Below, piece after piece: positions 41,101 through 55,340 of a stretch of DNA of 64,000 nt. Every line of letters begins with the position of its first letter. The stretch's first letter is position 1. Source of the DNA: Magallana gigas. Lineage: Eukaryota. The translations under genes were made by a program, and so were the position numbers. The notes under the pieces were generated by a model. It was not told the origin of the DNA. It did not search any database and saw only the letters and a program-made list of their open reading frames with translations. The DNA is taken from the NCBI RefSeq assembly GCF_963853765.1, contig NC_088859.1, positions 26,474,001 through 26,538,000 on the forward strand. The letters run 5' to 3'.

Positions 41101-44100
41101 TACTGGGGTTCTTCATGGTTCATTACCCAGTCCGAATAGGAAAAATCTTGAATTATCTGGCTGTTGTACTGTCTTTTCTTCACATTTATAAAAGATCAGC
41201 AAATTACACCCCGAAAGGTAGATAAGGCAAAAAAATGATAATGATTTATTTGAATGTTAACCAGTAAAGCATCTGATTGGTGGATGGAAAATCTTAACCT
41301 TTGACCGCATCTGCTTTTCTTATAGAGTTGAACGGAAAGTCTTATGTGCTGTTGGTGATGTGCTCTGTGCTGGTTTCTCTGGTGGTTTGGGTGCTGTGCA
41401 CGTTTCTCTTGGGCGGGTTTGGATTCATGATGAGCTTTTCTGGAAGAGCCATGTTTTGGTTCACACACACCTTCAACATCTTCTTTATGTTCATCATTCC
41501 TTCGATGACTGCCATTTTGAGATTACACCAGTATTTAAAAGATTATTTTTGGAAGGTAATTTGCATTAACATATCTACCAGGCTACCTGTCTACATTTTT
41601 TTATTGGTAATCTTCACTGTAAATAATTCTGTGCATATAATTAAAAATTAAAATGATAGATTAGTCATTCTTTATGGTACTTTCCTTCTGAATCAGAAAA
41701 ATTATGAAAACAGTAGCGTAATTTTATTTTATTATTAAATGTATGACCTAGATTTGTGATTTTTTTTTTAATTAAAAATTTGAATATTTGACAGAAAATC
41801 CATCCCTGTATAATAGAAGAAATTCATTTTGATGCTTCCCTCTTGATTTGGTCTGTGTTCACATTCATACTGACAACAGCAGGACTGGCCTCAGCCTTTA
41901 TGGCAATGTTCTGGACCTTGCCACCACTAATCATCAGAGAATACATCGCCAATATCATCAACCCAGACTGGAAATGTATGTGCATAGCAAATTATTTTTG
42001 TTATAAAAAATCATGGATGTAATTTTGTCCTATCTTTTGTCATTTAGAAGCACAATTTCTCTTACTATAGTAATTCCTGTACTTAAAATAAAATTGAATG
42101 ATTTGGCATAAATTCAAAAGCTGCAGATTAATAATCACCTATATTTGGATGGTATAGTTTACAATCTATGATTTATAAAGCTTAAACTGTTAAAAGTTCC
42201 CATAAATATGGTAGCTATCAGTTCATATTTAAAAACTGTGGTTTCTTCAATATTCATGTAATATTAATTTTCATGGATTTCATGGAGTTGATGCATGAAA
42301 TTATAAATATTGAATCATTGAAATACAATTTCTGATAACATAATGTATTCATAATACCATTGGCCACACATTTACTTATCCCTGAAACCACCATTTTTAC
42401 GAAATCCACGAAATTGATGCCCATGTATATTGATGAAACCACAGTATTAATGCTAAATCTTGATGGATTTTTTTCCCATTTTCCAGCCTCTTTATCTACA
42501 TACCTGTTAGTCATGCTCACCAGTATTGCCATTCCCGCTGTGATCATGATGGAAGTTTTCTTTGGGATCTTCTCCCTGATTGTACCAATCATGGGTCGTT
42601 CAGGAACGGAGTTACCCCCAGACCTGGCCATTGCTGTGATCTCTTGTCTGTTTGTCTGTTTGTACAGTCAGTATTTGGTAAGTTTAATAGATGCTATAAA
42701 CCACCTTTTGTTTGCGATGACTTTTATTATGTGACTTGCTATGAGCTGGTATATAATGACAAATTTTGGGGACCAAGCGTACATGTATGTAGATAATCTT
42801 GAACAAATTATTTTTTTTTTAAAAACCAATATAGATACAGTTAATACAAACCTGACAAACTTTTATCATTTTCTTTTTAAACACAAATAAATGATGATGT
42901 ATAGTACCGGTATGTAGGAACATTTAACGGTACTGCAAGAATAATCAGACAAAATGTGTTTATGTAAATACATATAAACTTTTGTGTTACATTTATACTA
43001 AGGAAAAGTATTTGTGAGAGAAGTACATGTATCAATCTTTGTAAAAATTGCTTTGACCTACATGTATTAACATGCAGTTTTGGGAATTAATTAAAATAAA
43101 AAGTGATTTTAATTAGTGTTGAGTTTCATATTTTTTAGTTTAATGACAATTTATTTTAAAAAAAAAATGATTGTAGCAACACAGTCAAAGGGAAATAACT
43201 TTTCTCAAAGCCTTTTTTCACTTCCACATTTTTGTTTATGGTAGGTTGGAGCTACCTATTTGTGCAGCAATATGAAATCCTTCCTGATGTTCCTAGCCTC
43301 CTGTTTTGCTGTTAGTTTTCTTGTTGTGATGTTTACCCCTTTAGGATTCCCCTTTAGTGGTAATCCTGATGGTCCCTCACCCAAAAGAATTCTACCTTTT
43401 GTAAGTACTCTTACATATAAATACATTTTTAGCATGTTAACACCAAAATCATTTAATTTTTGCATTAAAAGATTGCAGCACTACATAATTAAAACATGTA
43501 AGGTACATTTATTTAATATGTTTTGTGTTTATTTTTGTTAATATAATTCATATGAATGGGCCATTTTCCACTCAGTAAAGGGTAATCATGAGTTCCTCTG
43601 TGCAAAATAAATAAAAACAAAGAAATGAGATAAAATCCAACTTGCCAGTTGAATACAGAATTAATTACAAGTTTGTACATGTGTTAGATAAAAATACCCA
43701 GTGGGCACGCAACGTTGTTTCAACGTTGAGAAATGGTTGAAATCAAGTTGCAACGTTGATAAACCATTATTCAACGTTGAATCAACATTTAGGTTTCAAC
43801 GTTGAAACCCAAACCATAACTCAAAGTTGATTCCACATTGAAGACCCAACTTATTTTCAACATTGAAGACATCAACCACTTTTCAACGTTGAAACAACGT
43901 TTTAATATATAAATGAAACTGAACACATATTTTCAAATTTAAATTATGACTTTAATTTCTATTTCAGCATATGCAAAGAAAATTTCATGATAAAGATGGC
44001 CACATAACCAAAACAGACAGTGGTCTATGGATCTTGAACTTTGATTACCTCGGAAATAGCTTGTTTTATGATAATGAGTTCATAAAAAATTCTCACCTTA

Positions 44101-44194
44101 AGGAATGCGATGGACCAAACTGTGGGTTGCCCTATCTTATTCCAGTTGGGCACATGATAGATCCAAAGTAAGTTTCTGTACTGGGTAAAGATTG

Positions 44195-44267
<73 letters not shown>

Positions 44268-46378
44268 AAGAGAGAGGTGTTTCAGCAAAATAGAGAGAGA
44301 TAGAGAGAGAGATGAGTTTATACTGTATTTAACTGACAATATTTTTTCTGAGGAGTTAACCTTGTCTCATCTTCAAAATTGTCTTGTCTAAGGTTTAAAG
44401 TATTTTTTTTTTATTTCGGGGAGGGGAATAACTGTTTTATGTTTTTAAATGGCAGTAGAGGTGGTTGCCCTTTTAAATTCTGTTTTTGCAGTAGTTGTTA
44501 AATTGTTGCTGTACATTCAATGATAATTTATCTGGGTGGTTTTTTTTATCATATAAATAGAATTCCGTTCCATGCCTCAGTGTAAAAAACTATAGGAATC
44601 TTACGTCGCTCAGTAAAAAGAAACCAGAGATGTCTGGAGTATAATATCATTGTAATTTGTGATAGAGATTGCAACTCCTGCATGGTCTGGCATACATAGT
44701 ATTGCGGTAAAATAGGATTTATACTATACTTGTAGCTATTATGACTACCATGGTTTTATTTACGCAACACTGTGAGCAATAATTATAAAGCTATATATGG
44801 TTTAAGATTAAACAATCAGTAGACTATAGGTAGGGAAACTGAAAAACACAAAATAAATACAAAAGCAGCTACAGTAAAACATGGTTATAGCAAACACACT
44901 TTTAATGAATTGACACTTACAGCGAAGTGATTTTCATTCACTGAGACTTTGTTACATGTTGAAAATTTGACAGACATAATGAATTACTCTTATAATGAAG
45001 GTAAATCGTCTGTCTTTGGCACTTCGTTATAAGCGGGTTTTATGGTACCTGTTTTTGCTGCCTTGCTACATGAAGGGACTAAAAAGAGAACTTGTTGTAG
45101 CTGTTTTTACTGCTTTGATCTCTTTGTAAAAACAATTGCTGCATTGCTACATGAAGGGACTAAAGAGAGAACTTTTTGTAGACAGTCCTTATACAACATT
45201 AACAATGAGGAGCCCAATGTTTCCCCCTTGGTCAACTTGAAGCTGATTGCGAGAAAAATCGTCTTACCTGAGGTAGAGAGATTTACATTCCAAGCTACAG
45301 GTAAATATCTGTTAATACATGTACATATACTGCGGTTTCATCAATATTGGTTGAACACCAATTTTCTTGGATTTTTTTGTTAAGTAAATCTATGAAAATA
45401 AATGTTCATTAAAAGTGCAATTTCTCAGGGTTGTCTCTAAAAATTGAAGTAGAAGGGAGAAATAAAAAAGTAGAAGGGGATCTGAAGGTCTAGCGTATAG
45501 CAAGATTGTGTTTGAAATGCAATAATAGCCGGGTAATTATGTCACTTTAGGGGGGGGGGGGGGGAATTCCCCGCCTCCCGGGTCTTAGAGACAACCCTGA
45601 ATTTCTACAAACATTTTGGATTGATAAGATCATGGGCCACAAATTAATTTTCATCAAATCCACGAAAAATGATACCCACATATATTAATGAAACCACAAT
45701 GTTTGAATATAATTAGTATTACAAATGAATTATATATGCATTTAATGAGGGAATCCAAGTTTCCTAATTCTTGGATATTTTTTTTTGAATTCTTTATATA
45801 CTTGTAAATTCATATTACTTTATCTGTCTGCAGGACCAGATCACATGACCATGTACATTGTACCCCATTCTGGCATCGAGCTCGTTGATTGGTCAATTGA
45901 TCGAGGACATCCCACTCCAGTGTCAAAAAGAAAAGACTCCAACGAAACTTTGTACTTTGTGTATTATTCACATGGGATCAAACCAGACAAGCCCTGGCAG
46001 TTCTACCTCGATTTTAAGGTACTGGTAAATCAAATGTAAAATGCTTGCATGTTCGTTTACTTTATGTTTGCATATACATGTACCTGTATTTTATTTCATC
46101 AAGATCCAGTCTTCAAGCACACATAAAACTGATGTGTGCTACACACAAGTAGCAAAATTTTACCCCTTAAAAATATTTGTATTTACAGTACCTTTATATT
46201 TTACTATTATTTGCAGATGACAGAGAAAACAGACGTGGTTTCACAAATTGCCTTGTGTGGTCACTATCTCCATGGTGACCAGCACATCACACCACTGCTT
46301 CAGCGGTTCATGGACAGTCTCCCTGATTGGACTGTTCCAAATCCCTGGGTCGTAACCTACAACCTATACCAATTTTAA
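38158..46378 (+). CDS. ERMP1: Endoplasmic reticulum metallopeptidase 1 (peptidase M28, multi-pass membrane, ~889 aa, 14 coding exons)
   Basis: Exons 38158-38716, 38905-39032, 39348-39453, 39672-39818, 40145-40237, 41005-41217, 41326-41555, 41795-41975, 42487-42677, 43245-43400, 43968-44167, 45182-45300, 45834-46018, 46217-46378 (2670 nt). M28 motifs [56 protein letters not shown], followed by several TM helices. Confidence 0.95.
40255..40635. mobile_element. Non-autonomous repeat ending in a 141-bp palindrome (ERMP1 intron 5)
   Basis: 64-bp arms at 40491-40554 and 40568-40631 (61/64 complementary) around a 13-nt loop TCCGCTTCGCGTC. The left boundary is approximate. Confidence 0.6.
42235..42445. 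mobile_element. MITE with ACTGTGGTTTC...GAAACCACAGT TIRs (ERMP1 intron 8)
   Basis: Terminal inverted repeat; a partial related copy lies at ~45620-45700. Confidence 0.55.
43697..43901. repeat. Truncated element made of repeated palindromic TCAACGTTGA motifs
   Basis: Starts CCCAGTGGGCAC and carries several CAACGTT(G) words plus degenerate variants. Confidence 0.55.
44198..44312. repeat. (GA)n microsatellite, pure then degenerate
   Basis: Directly visible. Confidence 0.95.
45426..45599. mobile_element. Short MITE with CAGGGTTGTCTCTAA TIRs (hAT-like termini)
   Basis: Perfect 15-bp TIRs flanked by the direct repeat AATTTCT at 45419-45425 and 45600-45606. Confidence 0.7.
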
Positions 46379-46482
46379 TTCAACAGCGAAGTATTCAATC
46401 ATGTTTTAAAAAATAGTGCATCTTAATTAATACAATGTATGGTGAAAGTTGATGTGACAGCATTCACAAGCTCCATCATCGG

Positions 46483-46559
46483 AACCCACAGGTTTTCTAT
46501 TCGTTACACTGCTTTCAACCGGGTTGAAAGCAGTGTAACGGATAGAAAACCTGTGGGTT
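46483..46559. repeat. 77-bp near-perfect palindrome in the probable ERMP1 3'UTR
   Basis: 38-bp arms at 46483-46520 and 46522-46559 with a single mismatch. Confidence 0.9.
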
Positions 46560-49500
46560 ACGACAATGTGACAAGCTCTTGCTAACGAACATTTCCTTTT
46601 GTTCATGAATTTTTCATTTTTTTAATGTGTACTTTATTTTTTCTCATTATTTTGGTAAATACCGGTAGGTTTATTGTATCAGTTTTATAACTAAACTAAT
46701 TACTAGTTTCTATTACCATAGTGACCATGCATGTTGATAAAAAATTTTTATTACCAGGTACCAGCTTGGTACTACAGATAATTTGTTTTATCAGGGTTCT
46801 GCTTTTGTATTTTACTTCTGTTCAAACATTATAGCTGTTGGTTGAATCGTCTTTTTCATCATAGAAGCATTCCTAAGGCCATATTCAAGGTCAAAGATAA
46901 GGGCCAGACACAGTTTTACATCTTTAAGATTGCTGGGTGCAATTGCTATCTCTTGAGTTTTAACATTTTTCTGTCAGTGACAATGAACTACAGCGGTTAT
47001 GATTCCCTATAACTGGTTTAAAAAGGTGTTTTACCTTTAACTCTAAAAGCAATATAACTGAAAATCCAATTTGGTCACCTTGCATGCATGGCTTTTGAAA
47101 TTTCTTTTAAGGTAACATGGTACACATGTTCCTTAATCACTGGTTCTGAACCAATTATCAACAATTATTTACAAATTTTAAATATATTCCTTTTTTAATT
47201 TTTTTATTCTTAAAACATTTTTCACCAAGTTTGACACATATGTAGTTCACAATAGATGGTTTACTTATGGCATTTTTCTCTCAGGCTATTATAAATTGTA
47301 TCTATGAAAAATATAGAGATAATCTTTCAAGTGCTTTTTTTTAAACTCACTATTTACAAATTTGTGCCTAAAATACTGGAAAAGTTTTTGATTATATATG
47401 TACTTAATGATATTTTATAAGGGAATAATTAATTTTTTTTTTCAGTTTTATTGTTTTAATTACCAGTAATAAATATTGTATATGTATTTTTGATAGGTTT
47501 ACAGTATTGTATACATGTAAGTCTACAAGGTTGACAATTTAGTGCTTCATTCTTATATACTGGTACATGTATTTTGTTTGAACTGGATTTATTAGTATTT
47601 TTAGTTTTGCATAGTTGTGGTTACAAAATGTAGTATTTCATACTTTTTTTTTTCATTAGGAAGGAAACAAAACTTTTGAATAATATTTTAATGATGCATT
47701 TTATATCTTTCTTGTCCCTTTTACACTCCATTTGTTGACATCATTATGCAATGCAATGCAATCTGTGTGCATGCTTTCCGTACAGTGCATGCGTACCACA
47801 TTTCTAAGGCCTATATAATAGAACAATCAAGTCAATCTATGAACAAAATATCTGTGATCTTGTTATTCCTTCGAAATTCGAATTGACTGTGATATATATA
47901 CATGTATTCATGAATGTGCTGGATATGCAGCAATTAGTTACTAAAAAGAGAATTTTGTATTCACTTATAAATACAGATTGCAATATGTTCACAATTTTTT
48001 TTTTTAAGTTTCATCACACATGACTGCATGGGGAGCATCTGCACATCAGAAATCCAAATACTCTGTCATTTGCATGATGGCTTTTATGATATTTTTGACT
48101 TTTGTAATCTCATTTAAACTTGTTAGTAATTCTTACAGCATTAATCATTTGATCCAGCTCATTTAATCTACATGAGCCTAGAACCATAGAATTGCTTAGT
48201 AGAAAATATGGACTATGTCAAAGCCCTAGCTGACATAAGAAATGTGTTAATCTGGTAATTAAAGCTACCAAACCTGCAAGAGAGCAAGAAAGTTGGATAG
48301 AAACAAGGATTTTAAAATAAAATTGATGCTTGTATTTATTCATATTTTAGGCTACAGTTAAAAAAAATATGTTGCTTGGTAGCCAGTACCAGATAGAATT
48401 TAGGCTTTATGTGTGCACATGTGTAATGTGAGCATTAAGGGCTGATATATGGCAGCACAGTTGATGTGCTATTGCATCATGAACAATACAGACCAACAAC
48501 ATTCTACATGTTACAAATATAACATGTATATTTGTTATAATTTTATTTCAGTCTCTAATTCTGTCTCTATTTCAGTGGAATCATTAAAATTGTGGTGGCT
48601 CAATTTTCATGTACCGGGTATTCATGGCTAGCCCTAATCAACGGATTTACATCCTCAACAAAAAATAATCATGAAAGTTTAAATTTTCCTACTGAAACTG
48701 AAAACCGATGCATTCACAAAATTATATCCCCACGAATAAGCAAATTTAACTCACAACCCATGAAAATTAGCCCCCATGAAATTAAATGATTCTACAGTAT
48801 AATTTTCACAAGATGTGATATTTTTTTGTTAATGGTTTACTCTCTATTTCTTTTCAGACTGTCCTTTTTAAAACTGTTTTCACATATCAACCACTTGTGT
48901 ATATAACAAGTAATTAAATTGCTCAAATTCATTGTTGTTAGATAACCTAGCTACCATCTGTATTATGTATATATACACTGTTCTTATTATGTGGGTGTAC
49001 TACAGGCAGTATATATGTATAATGTATGTATTTTAGTGTGTTCAATGCTTTTTTTTTTTTTTTTTTTACATTTTTTCTAGATGACAAGTCAATCATTTAA
49101 GGAATTTTTTGCTATATTTACAAGTTTGTTATGGGAGAGTTTTGAATTTCACAAAATTTATACTTGCACAGTCTAGTAGAGGTACCTCTATGGGAAAATT
49201 CAAACGGGTTAACATTTGTTATAGAGCCACAGTGTTTCACATACCAAAAAAAACCTTGAAATTTGTGGTGCACAAAAAAATTGCACTAATTTTGACTGAT
49301 AAACAATATTTTCTTTTAACTCATTTTGTGGAAATAATTAATACCATAACCAGAATTTTCCAGCGGAGTTTTAGATGTGCAGGTATGCACAAATATACTG
49401 CTTAAGTGAAAATACACTTTTTAATTACTGTATTAAGGATTTTATTGCAAGTGTGCAGCACAGATTGTACATTAAAGAACACAAAAATTTGAGTGTGTAT

Positions 49501-51947
49501 TATTGAGTTTTTTGTCTGATTTTTTTTATTCATGTCATTTGAACCATTTTTTACTTATCTTCATTTTTACTATCTTAATTTTTGACTCTTACACCAATGT
49601 GTTTCATTGAGCAATTTGAGTTTTATAATGGAGGCAAAACTTGATATAGGGCTCGATACATTTTCTCTTAGAATTTTTGAATGGAAGTTCAATGTTGAAG
49701 ATTATATATACAAATTAACGATGTTTCCCAAGTATTACATTTTATGTAATACACAAACAAAATGGTATTAATTATTTTAGATACTTTTTCTTGCAAGTGC
49801 TTTTTTTTATGCTTCCAAGATTAATATGCCCATATTTTTCAACAGAATTCCATTTTATATTGTTTGACATTCCATTTATATCTATTATAGTTACATGTAC
49901 ATGTATTTGTTAATTTTTCGAAACAAATGATAAGAATGTTGTTTAAAATATGTTCTCATATTTGATTTTTTTTTATTAATACATCCACAAATATAATTTT
50001 TAACAACAAAAAGTTGAATTTATAAAAAAAAAATTATATGCACTTACATGTTCAATATATGTAAACTCATTCGGCAATACAATGCAACGATCTTTTTCAA
50101 CAAAATGGCATAATTGTATTACAGGTACTTAAAAATAAATTGGTTTGATGTGATTTTAATTTGAATACAGTGAAACGTGTTGTAATTTTTATTTATACAT
50201 GGCAAAAGTCTTGCAGTAGGTCTAGCTCCAAGTCTGAAAATTTCAAATGGATAATCTGGGAGATCCTAGGTCGATCCATCTGAATTTTTACAGACCTGCA
50301 GCTAGACACCAGGCATTAAATGAGTTAAATTATGGTATTAATATCAAAGGGTTTCTGGCCATAGTGACTGATGAATACTAGTTATTTTACAGCCAAATAA
50401 ATCTTGTATCATGTATCATAGAGGAGCAGATTTTTAAGTCTCATTTCAATTAGATTGCGAAATAAATAGGATGTTGATTTGTCTCTTTATATGCTGAAAA
50501 ATTTAAAGCCATTGAGTACACTTTCCCGGGCCCTTCTCCTGAGGAAATCCAGATATATTTATAGTTTTATACAGCCACTGACAAAATCGAATCAGAAACC
50601 TACCAGTTTCAAACAATTTGCACATTATGAATATCCCCATTCAATGAATGAACCCCAATGAGAGTTCAAAGTTCATCATAAGAAATGGATGTAAACCAAC
50701 TGTTTTGTTCTGAAGAATGCAGAGCCCGGCTCTTGTTTTATTGCTAAATAAATGAGGATAAAATTAAAATCAACTGTTTCTTACAATACAAACACAATCT
50801 GAAATCAACATACATTGGCATTACATGCACACACTCTAATATTTTACGTATTGGAACAGTCGTCGGCGGGTGGTGCTCTGTAGATTTTGATGTTACAAAT
50901 ATAAAATACATGTATCAGAAAAGATAATCTTTTAAAAGCTAGCCCCTTCCCCCACATTCTTTCATACTTGTGGAGTACATGTAAATGAAATAATCTAAAT
51001 TTTAAAGGCCAAGGTTTTTAACCGGTTGGTTTACCTCAGGTACGATCAGGTGGGGGTGGAGCCTATATCAATAAAGGTGTGAAGCCCTCAGGGAAACACA
51101 CTCTCTTGTGTGTACATGTCAATATACACAGGGTGTTAAAATGCTTTCAACAGAGTTTTTTCGATGATCAAAAAAAATATCGTATTTATATACCGGTATA
51201 TTGTCAATCGTTGAGATGAATAAAAAGCATGAAATAACCGCATGCGACGTGGCAAATATCTTTCGTTTGCTTAAACAAGTTTCTGACGGGATCTAGTGAG
51301 AGTTTATCGCAATGTTTTATGCAATTGTAATCTATTCTTCTTCAAAAGATATTCTTGTACCATAAAATGTGTTTAGTACACAGATTGAGGTATAGCAAAT
51401 TCTCTGATATAGTGTAGTTTGGTCAAGTCCCAAGCAAAATTTGTGACAAATTCTTGTAAAATTCAGTTAAAACGAACCAGGTTATAACATATTTATGTAA
51501 CTTCACTATAACCGAGTTTTACTGTATATGTATCTTCATATTTGTAATGTAAAAATATTTAAAGTATATATATTTATACATCCATGTACCTGTATATACC
51601 GGTATAAATGAAGACTTTATATATAGATCATGATTTATTGAAGTATTGCACACAAAAATGCATAATTAAAACAAAGGAAAAAAACCATTCATACCTTTCA
51701 AATAATCTACAGTTTATAAAACCTCTCATATTAAAATCAATTTTGTACATGGAAAATAAGACATAGTAAAATATGTAGTTGTATGTAATTGTCAAAAAGA
51801 ATCCCACTAGAGGTTCAAATGATTGAACTAACTCCTGATACAAAGTAGTGTTTTCAACTGAACTGATTACGAATCACAGTCTTTTGTCTTCACTAGCCCA
51901 TTTCTCTCTTGCTCCGACCCTTTTCTTTACAACACTATGTCTCTTGA

Positions 51948-54324
51948 TTACCAAGGCGGGGTCATTGGTTGAGGATTCTGTAGGTAAGACATCACAACAG
52001 CTGATATTGACAACCTACAAACACAAATCAACAGTACTGAAATTATTACTTAGTTTAGTGTAAATCAAACTTTCTTATTAGGTGACTGTAATTTCATATT
52101 TTTGCTTTCAGATTAGCTTACCAATATCATGTATTATATATATATTATATTATGTAATTCACTTTCAACTTTTATATCAACGAATAACATTAATTGTCAG
52201 CTCAATTTTTCAAACTACTGGGTAATATAATTATGTAAACTGAATTCAGCAATGAATCTGCCCATTTACATATTTTTGTAATTAATCAGAAATGCTTTCA
52301 AACTCCAGCTCAACTACATGTCAAAGAATTTTAAAAATATAATAATTGCTGAAGCTGTTTTGAAACAAGGCTTTGATTTTTTTCATGGGAAGAGGTGGAG
52401 GAAAAGGTTGAATGGAGCACCATAACTGTCTTACAAAAACCTGACCAAGAACAGAGCAAAAGCGTCAACAGCAAATAATGAAATAATAGCTAAGCTTTAT
52501 AACATGAAAAAAAATCCTTTGTTAAAAATAAACAATCAGCTTTTCATTATGAAAATTCATTTTGCATTATTAATATTTCATGAAATAATAACTTGGTGTG
52601 AAGTATTATAAATGTTGTCATAATGAATTTTCAAAAGTCATTCCTAACGAAACTTAATTGTCGTATGAAACATAGCCCAGCAACTACTTACATAAAGCTA
52701 CTTAGCATCTGTTTGGTGTCTTCTGAAGTCCTTGCATTTGCAAAACTGATGAAGGAACAATACACTGCAGCCCAGGCACACCATTTCAACTTGAAAGAAA
52801 ATTGTGTTCACTAAATTAACCAACTATGTAGATTATAAAGCATGAATAGACTATTGAGTGGTTTTTTTATGCATCCATGCCATATACTATGAGATTGTTC
52901 TTATATTGATTGCAAGTGAATAAAAAAACTATTCTGAAGTCTTGTAAATGATACATCTTCCTCAATTTAGTATACATTCAATTTTTATGACCTTTGATAA
53001 GTCTAAAAAATACTCTAAGTTATCAAAAATATACTATTCCCATACCTTCATCATAAGTCCACACATACTGAAAATCATTCCAAGGAGATTCATGTAGTCT
53101 GGGGTAGGATCATCTGATGGAGTCCCAGCTTGTGGGGGTTTATACCTATATATATCACAATAAAATACAGGTGTAAAATCTTCATTAATCAAAATAAACT
53201 ATTGATTTTTTTTATTCTACAATTGGTATTGTTGTTTAAAAATTCCAATTGTTAACCATTACACAGCAGTAATTTTTGGGAGTTGATTTTTAATCAACTC
53301 TCCTATGCAGTCACTCGGACAAACCGAAAGTGAAACAGTGTTTGGACCTCAGCACAAATCATTGCTCCTGACAAGACTTAGTTCTTAAAAATAATTGATG
53401 AATTCGATGTAATGTATGCTAAAGCATTGTTTTTCAAGGAAACTCATTTACAAATACCTTGAAAATAGTCAGATTTTAAATGGTACGAACAATTTAGATA
53501 TTTTTTGTAGTCGTATGTATTCCTACGCCAGAGTTCAATATAGTCTCGTTCAACTCGACGCTCGGTTGTCTCCGTAAACCCTTGTCGGAGATTTACGGTG
53601 TCAGCCGAGCGTTTGGTTGAACGAGACTAGAGTTCAATATTGCTTGGATCCATACAATTTTCGAGAAATATTTCTATTACTGAGACATAGTTTGATTGAA
53701 TTAATTTTATCTTTAAATATTATTTAACATGATTCATATGGAGGTTTCTCGACATTCTAGTCGAAAAAGTTCAAAAATTCATATTATAAAAATATGCGTA
53801 ATTCAAATTACAAACTACGTATACATGTACTTTTCATGCAAAATTACATATCATTGATTTTAAAATAAATAAACATCGACAAAATCAACTCCCGTCAGTT
53901 CTTCAGTACTTTGATTAAGTAAATGTAGTGGATGGTTCAAGCAGAGAAATAAATTAAATAACAGTCATTATTATTTATGTCTCTGGTTCAAGTCATGAAT
54001 TTCTTTTAAATATTTTATTCTAGAAAAAATTCATTCTTTAAAAATCGGTTCAGAAACAAAATTTAATGATTTTGGTTTTAATGAAATACTCACTGAAAAG
54101 GAATAATGACAATTTCGACATTAACAAGGCCGCGTCACCAAGCTTGAATTTCCTTGATGCACGTTTGTATTCGGGCCATAACACAAGTATAATTCAAAAC
54201 TTACACATCAGATTGTTTCTATGTAAAAAGGTTTAACCAACACAGATATGATGGCATATTTCTACACCTACCTTACTATCTTGTTTGGTCTCCTCGGGTC
54301 TTGATGATTTGTAAGCGTACTCAT
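51948..54324 (-). CDS. WDR83OS: PAT complex subunit Asterix / WDR83OS homolog (105 aa, 4 coding exons)
   Basis: Minus-strand exons 54324-54272, 53145-53046, 52789-52692, 52014-51948 (318 nt). Translation [23 protein letters not shown]...[77 protein letters not shown] is near-identical to the human protein as recalled. ETS-like CCGGAAG lies just upstream at ~54343. Confidence 0.96.
53278..53916 (+). mobile_element. ~640-bp non-autonomous element, copy 1 (WDR83OS intron 1)
   Basis: Highly similar to 55341-56014. It has a 5' hairpin GAGTTGATT-ttt-AATCAACTC and a subterminal inverted repeat GGGAGTTGATTTT...AAAATCAACTCCC (53881-53893), a HINE/Helentron-like layout. Family not confirmed. Confidence 0.65.
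53541..53629. mobile_element. Palindromic MITE with TAG..CTA termini and 10-bp TSD (AcademH-like)
   Basis: TIR TAGTCTCGTTCAAC...GTTGAACGAGACTA is flanked by GAGTTCAATA at 53531-53540 and 53630-53639. Confidence 0.7.
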
Positions 54325-55340
54325 CTTGTTGGTTATTATGGACCGGAAGCGGTATCAGACAATTTCATAATGAATAGGTTGTACGCGAGACTTTTCTATT
54401 CGACAAACAGCAACGTGAGGGACCGTTTAAATTTTTAGTTTTTGGGGTTTTTTTTTTTGGTTTTTCTTTTTGCTTTATCCAAAAATAATAATTGTAATTA
54501 CTCACTTGCCACAAGTTCGCAACAAATTGTTTTTTTATATCAAAATATATGACCCTATGGTCAGATATGTTTACCCCTTTCTATCTGTAACCAGTGACAT
54601 TTATGGAACGCCATAGCTGCCTTATGTGCCTATTTCATGTGAAGATGGTGCTTTATTATATTATGCTGTGGTTATTTCATGTGAAGATGGTGCTTTATTA
54701 TATGAAGATGGTGCTTTATTATATGAAGATGGTGCTTTTTTATATGAAGATGGTGCTTTATTATATGAAGGTGGTGCTTTTTTATATGAAGATGGTGCTT
54801 TATTATATGAAGGTGGTGCTTTATTATATGAAGATGGTGCTTTATTATATGAAGATGGTGCTTTTTTATGTGATGATGCTTTTTTATGTGAAGGTGCTTT
54901 TTTATGTGAAGATGGTGCTTTACTATATGATGGTGCTTTTTTTATATGATGGTGCTTTTTAATGTGAAGGTGGTCACTCGGAACTCTTCTTATTTTTGAA
55001 TACTGGGTTAACCATTTATGTATTATCTCGAAATATTGAAAGTAAAACAAAAAATTGATGCGATCAAAATCCATTTGATACACTATTGCTAGTTCCTCTT
55101 TTTTCTAGCACAATTAGTATAATTATAAGCTATCGAGAAGATCTAGCTGTGTACGACTTTACCCCAACCGAACTTACATCTATTAAGTGACAACTATATA
55201 ATGTCGGAATATTACAAGAATTAAAGCCTAGTAACGTTATCCTGAAAAGCAGAAAATTGAATTTAATAATTATTTGTGTTTAAGCGAAGGTTATGCCCTA
55301 GCAATCTGATTAAAATAAGCTCTTTGATCCGCTCTTAATT

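Noticed and set aside
50530-50760. Exon-like segment on the minus strand between ERMP1 and WDR83OS
   Set aside because: All three frames close within the segment and I recognise no homology.
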